Shown here piece after piece: positions 62,699 to 64,000 of a stretch of 64,000 bases of DNA; within the stretch, counting starts at the first letter, position 1; each line of letters opens with the position of its first letter. Position numbers and translations under genes: made by a program. The DNA lies in NCBI RefSeq assembly GCF_018977255.1, contig NW_024704743.1:23686001-23750000 (forward strand), given 5' to 3'. The notes beneath the pieces are model-generated. The model saw only the letters and a list, made by a program, of their open reading frames with translations, ran no database searches and was not told where the DNA came from. The stretch comes from Callorhinchus milii (Eukaryota).

Positions 62699-63589
62699 CT
62701 TTTTCTGTGTGTGGTGTCTGGCAGAAGTAAAACATGGATAAGTTTAGTAAAGTCTTGGCTGGCCAGGTCTTGTTTTTTGTTTATTGACTTGTTGTTTTCC
62801 TGAATTTAGAACTAGCTCAATCTCTTGATCCTTAAAAGAAAAGGTATGTTTAGGAAGATGACTTTCAATAAACTTTTCTTCCCCCATTGATGCAAGGTTA
62901 AAAAAGTTAAAACCTTTTTCTTTGTAGATAATTGAATTACCTGCTTTACCTCATGGGCACTTTCCATACTTAGCTGGGAGTTGCTCAGCCAACAAGAGTA
63001 ATTAGTTAGTAAATACAGGATCATCGATCAGGATGATTCACACCATAGCACCAGAAGCCATCTTATGGTACACAGACTTTGTTTTTGACTGAAAAGTGAT
63101 AAAATTGTCCCCTTCAGTTCATAACTGATTCCTTTTATACAAAATATCAGTCTCATTGCTCCCCTCGGCATTGCCTCCAGGAACTTTGCAACCAAACAAC
63201 TAGAATTGCAGTGGGGCCCCATTATAACATGATAGTTGGTAATCCATAAAATCGCAACCTGTCTTTTAATGAGTCCTGATAGCTAGTTTCATTGTGCAAA
63301 GTAGGAAGTGACAATGGCATTGATAACCAGCCATTTTTATTAGTGAGGAAGCTAAAATAGTTGCCTTCCTTACCAGATTGTCTAGATTGGTGCTGATATC
63401 ACTGCCTGCTTTGTGCACATGCAGCTCACAGGCAGTGTCATTGCTTGGCGCTGACCTAATAACCTGGAAGTTGGCCATTTTTGCCCAAAAGCACAAAACA
63501 ACAGTCTGTACAAAATATTCTCCTAACGTTTTTCTGTGTTCTTTTGATAATTACCATCAATCTGTGGCCTCCAGTTATTGACTGACTGA

Positions 63590-63760
63590 CCAACGTGAGT
63601 AATTTCTTCCCTCATTATTTTACAAACCTCTATCAGTTCTCCTCACAACCTTCTGTATTCTAAGGAAACAGCCTTAATTTCACCAGTCTTTCCTCATAAA
63701 TAAATCTTATCAATTCTGATATCATCCTGGTAAATCTCCTCTTCATGGCCCTTTGAAGTA
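63590..63760 (-). mobile_element. CR1 RT C-terminal fragment
   Basis: acaaacctctatcagttctcctcacaaccttctg (RRL.GELIEV) and catcctggtaaatctcct (RRFTRM). Confidence 0.7.
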
Positions 63761-64000
63761 CCACTAAATTCATTCCATGTATTAAGGGGATTGCAGGATG
63801 GCAAAGATAGAGAGATGGTTCTGGGCAGGAAGCAGAGAGATGTGTTGGTGGCCAGAGTAAAGCTGTTTTTCAAGCAGTAATGTATTACAGTAGGCCTCTC
63901 TTTCCACATAATGTATTCAGCACTAAGGGCAGAATCTAGGGCTGTTTCATCAAGAAAAGAGAAGATTGAGAGGAGACTTGAGAGGCCTTTTACGAAGATA

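Overview
Vertebrate genomic DNA, inferred to be a cartilaginous fish (probably a holocephalan such as Callorhinchus) from its repeat content. The window lies almost entirely within introns of the delta-catenin gene CTNND2 on the + strand. One coding exon is confidently recognisable: 40448-40560, 113 nt, [37 protein letters not shown]. About 8 kb upstream, a CpG-rich island looks like an internal promoter (TATA-like box plus Inr). It carries a candidate alternative first exon encoding MVRVQ that would splice in frame to that exon. The rest is dominated by transposon relics: 5'-truncated L2 LINEs, a young tRNA-Ala-headed SINE that shares the L2 3' stem-loop, older DeuSINE- and LF-SINE-like copies, CR1 fragments, a 183-bp solo LTR with a perfect 5-bp TSD, a hAT transposase relic and a palindromic MITE-like element. 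There is also a six-copy family that appears to carry an antisense LINE RT fragment and shares an A-tailed end. Nearly all ORFs in the supplied track are spurious. No prokaryote-type system, CRISPR array, rRNA or genuine tRNA gene was found. Family names come from recalled consensus sequences, not database searches, and most repeat boundaries are approximate.
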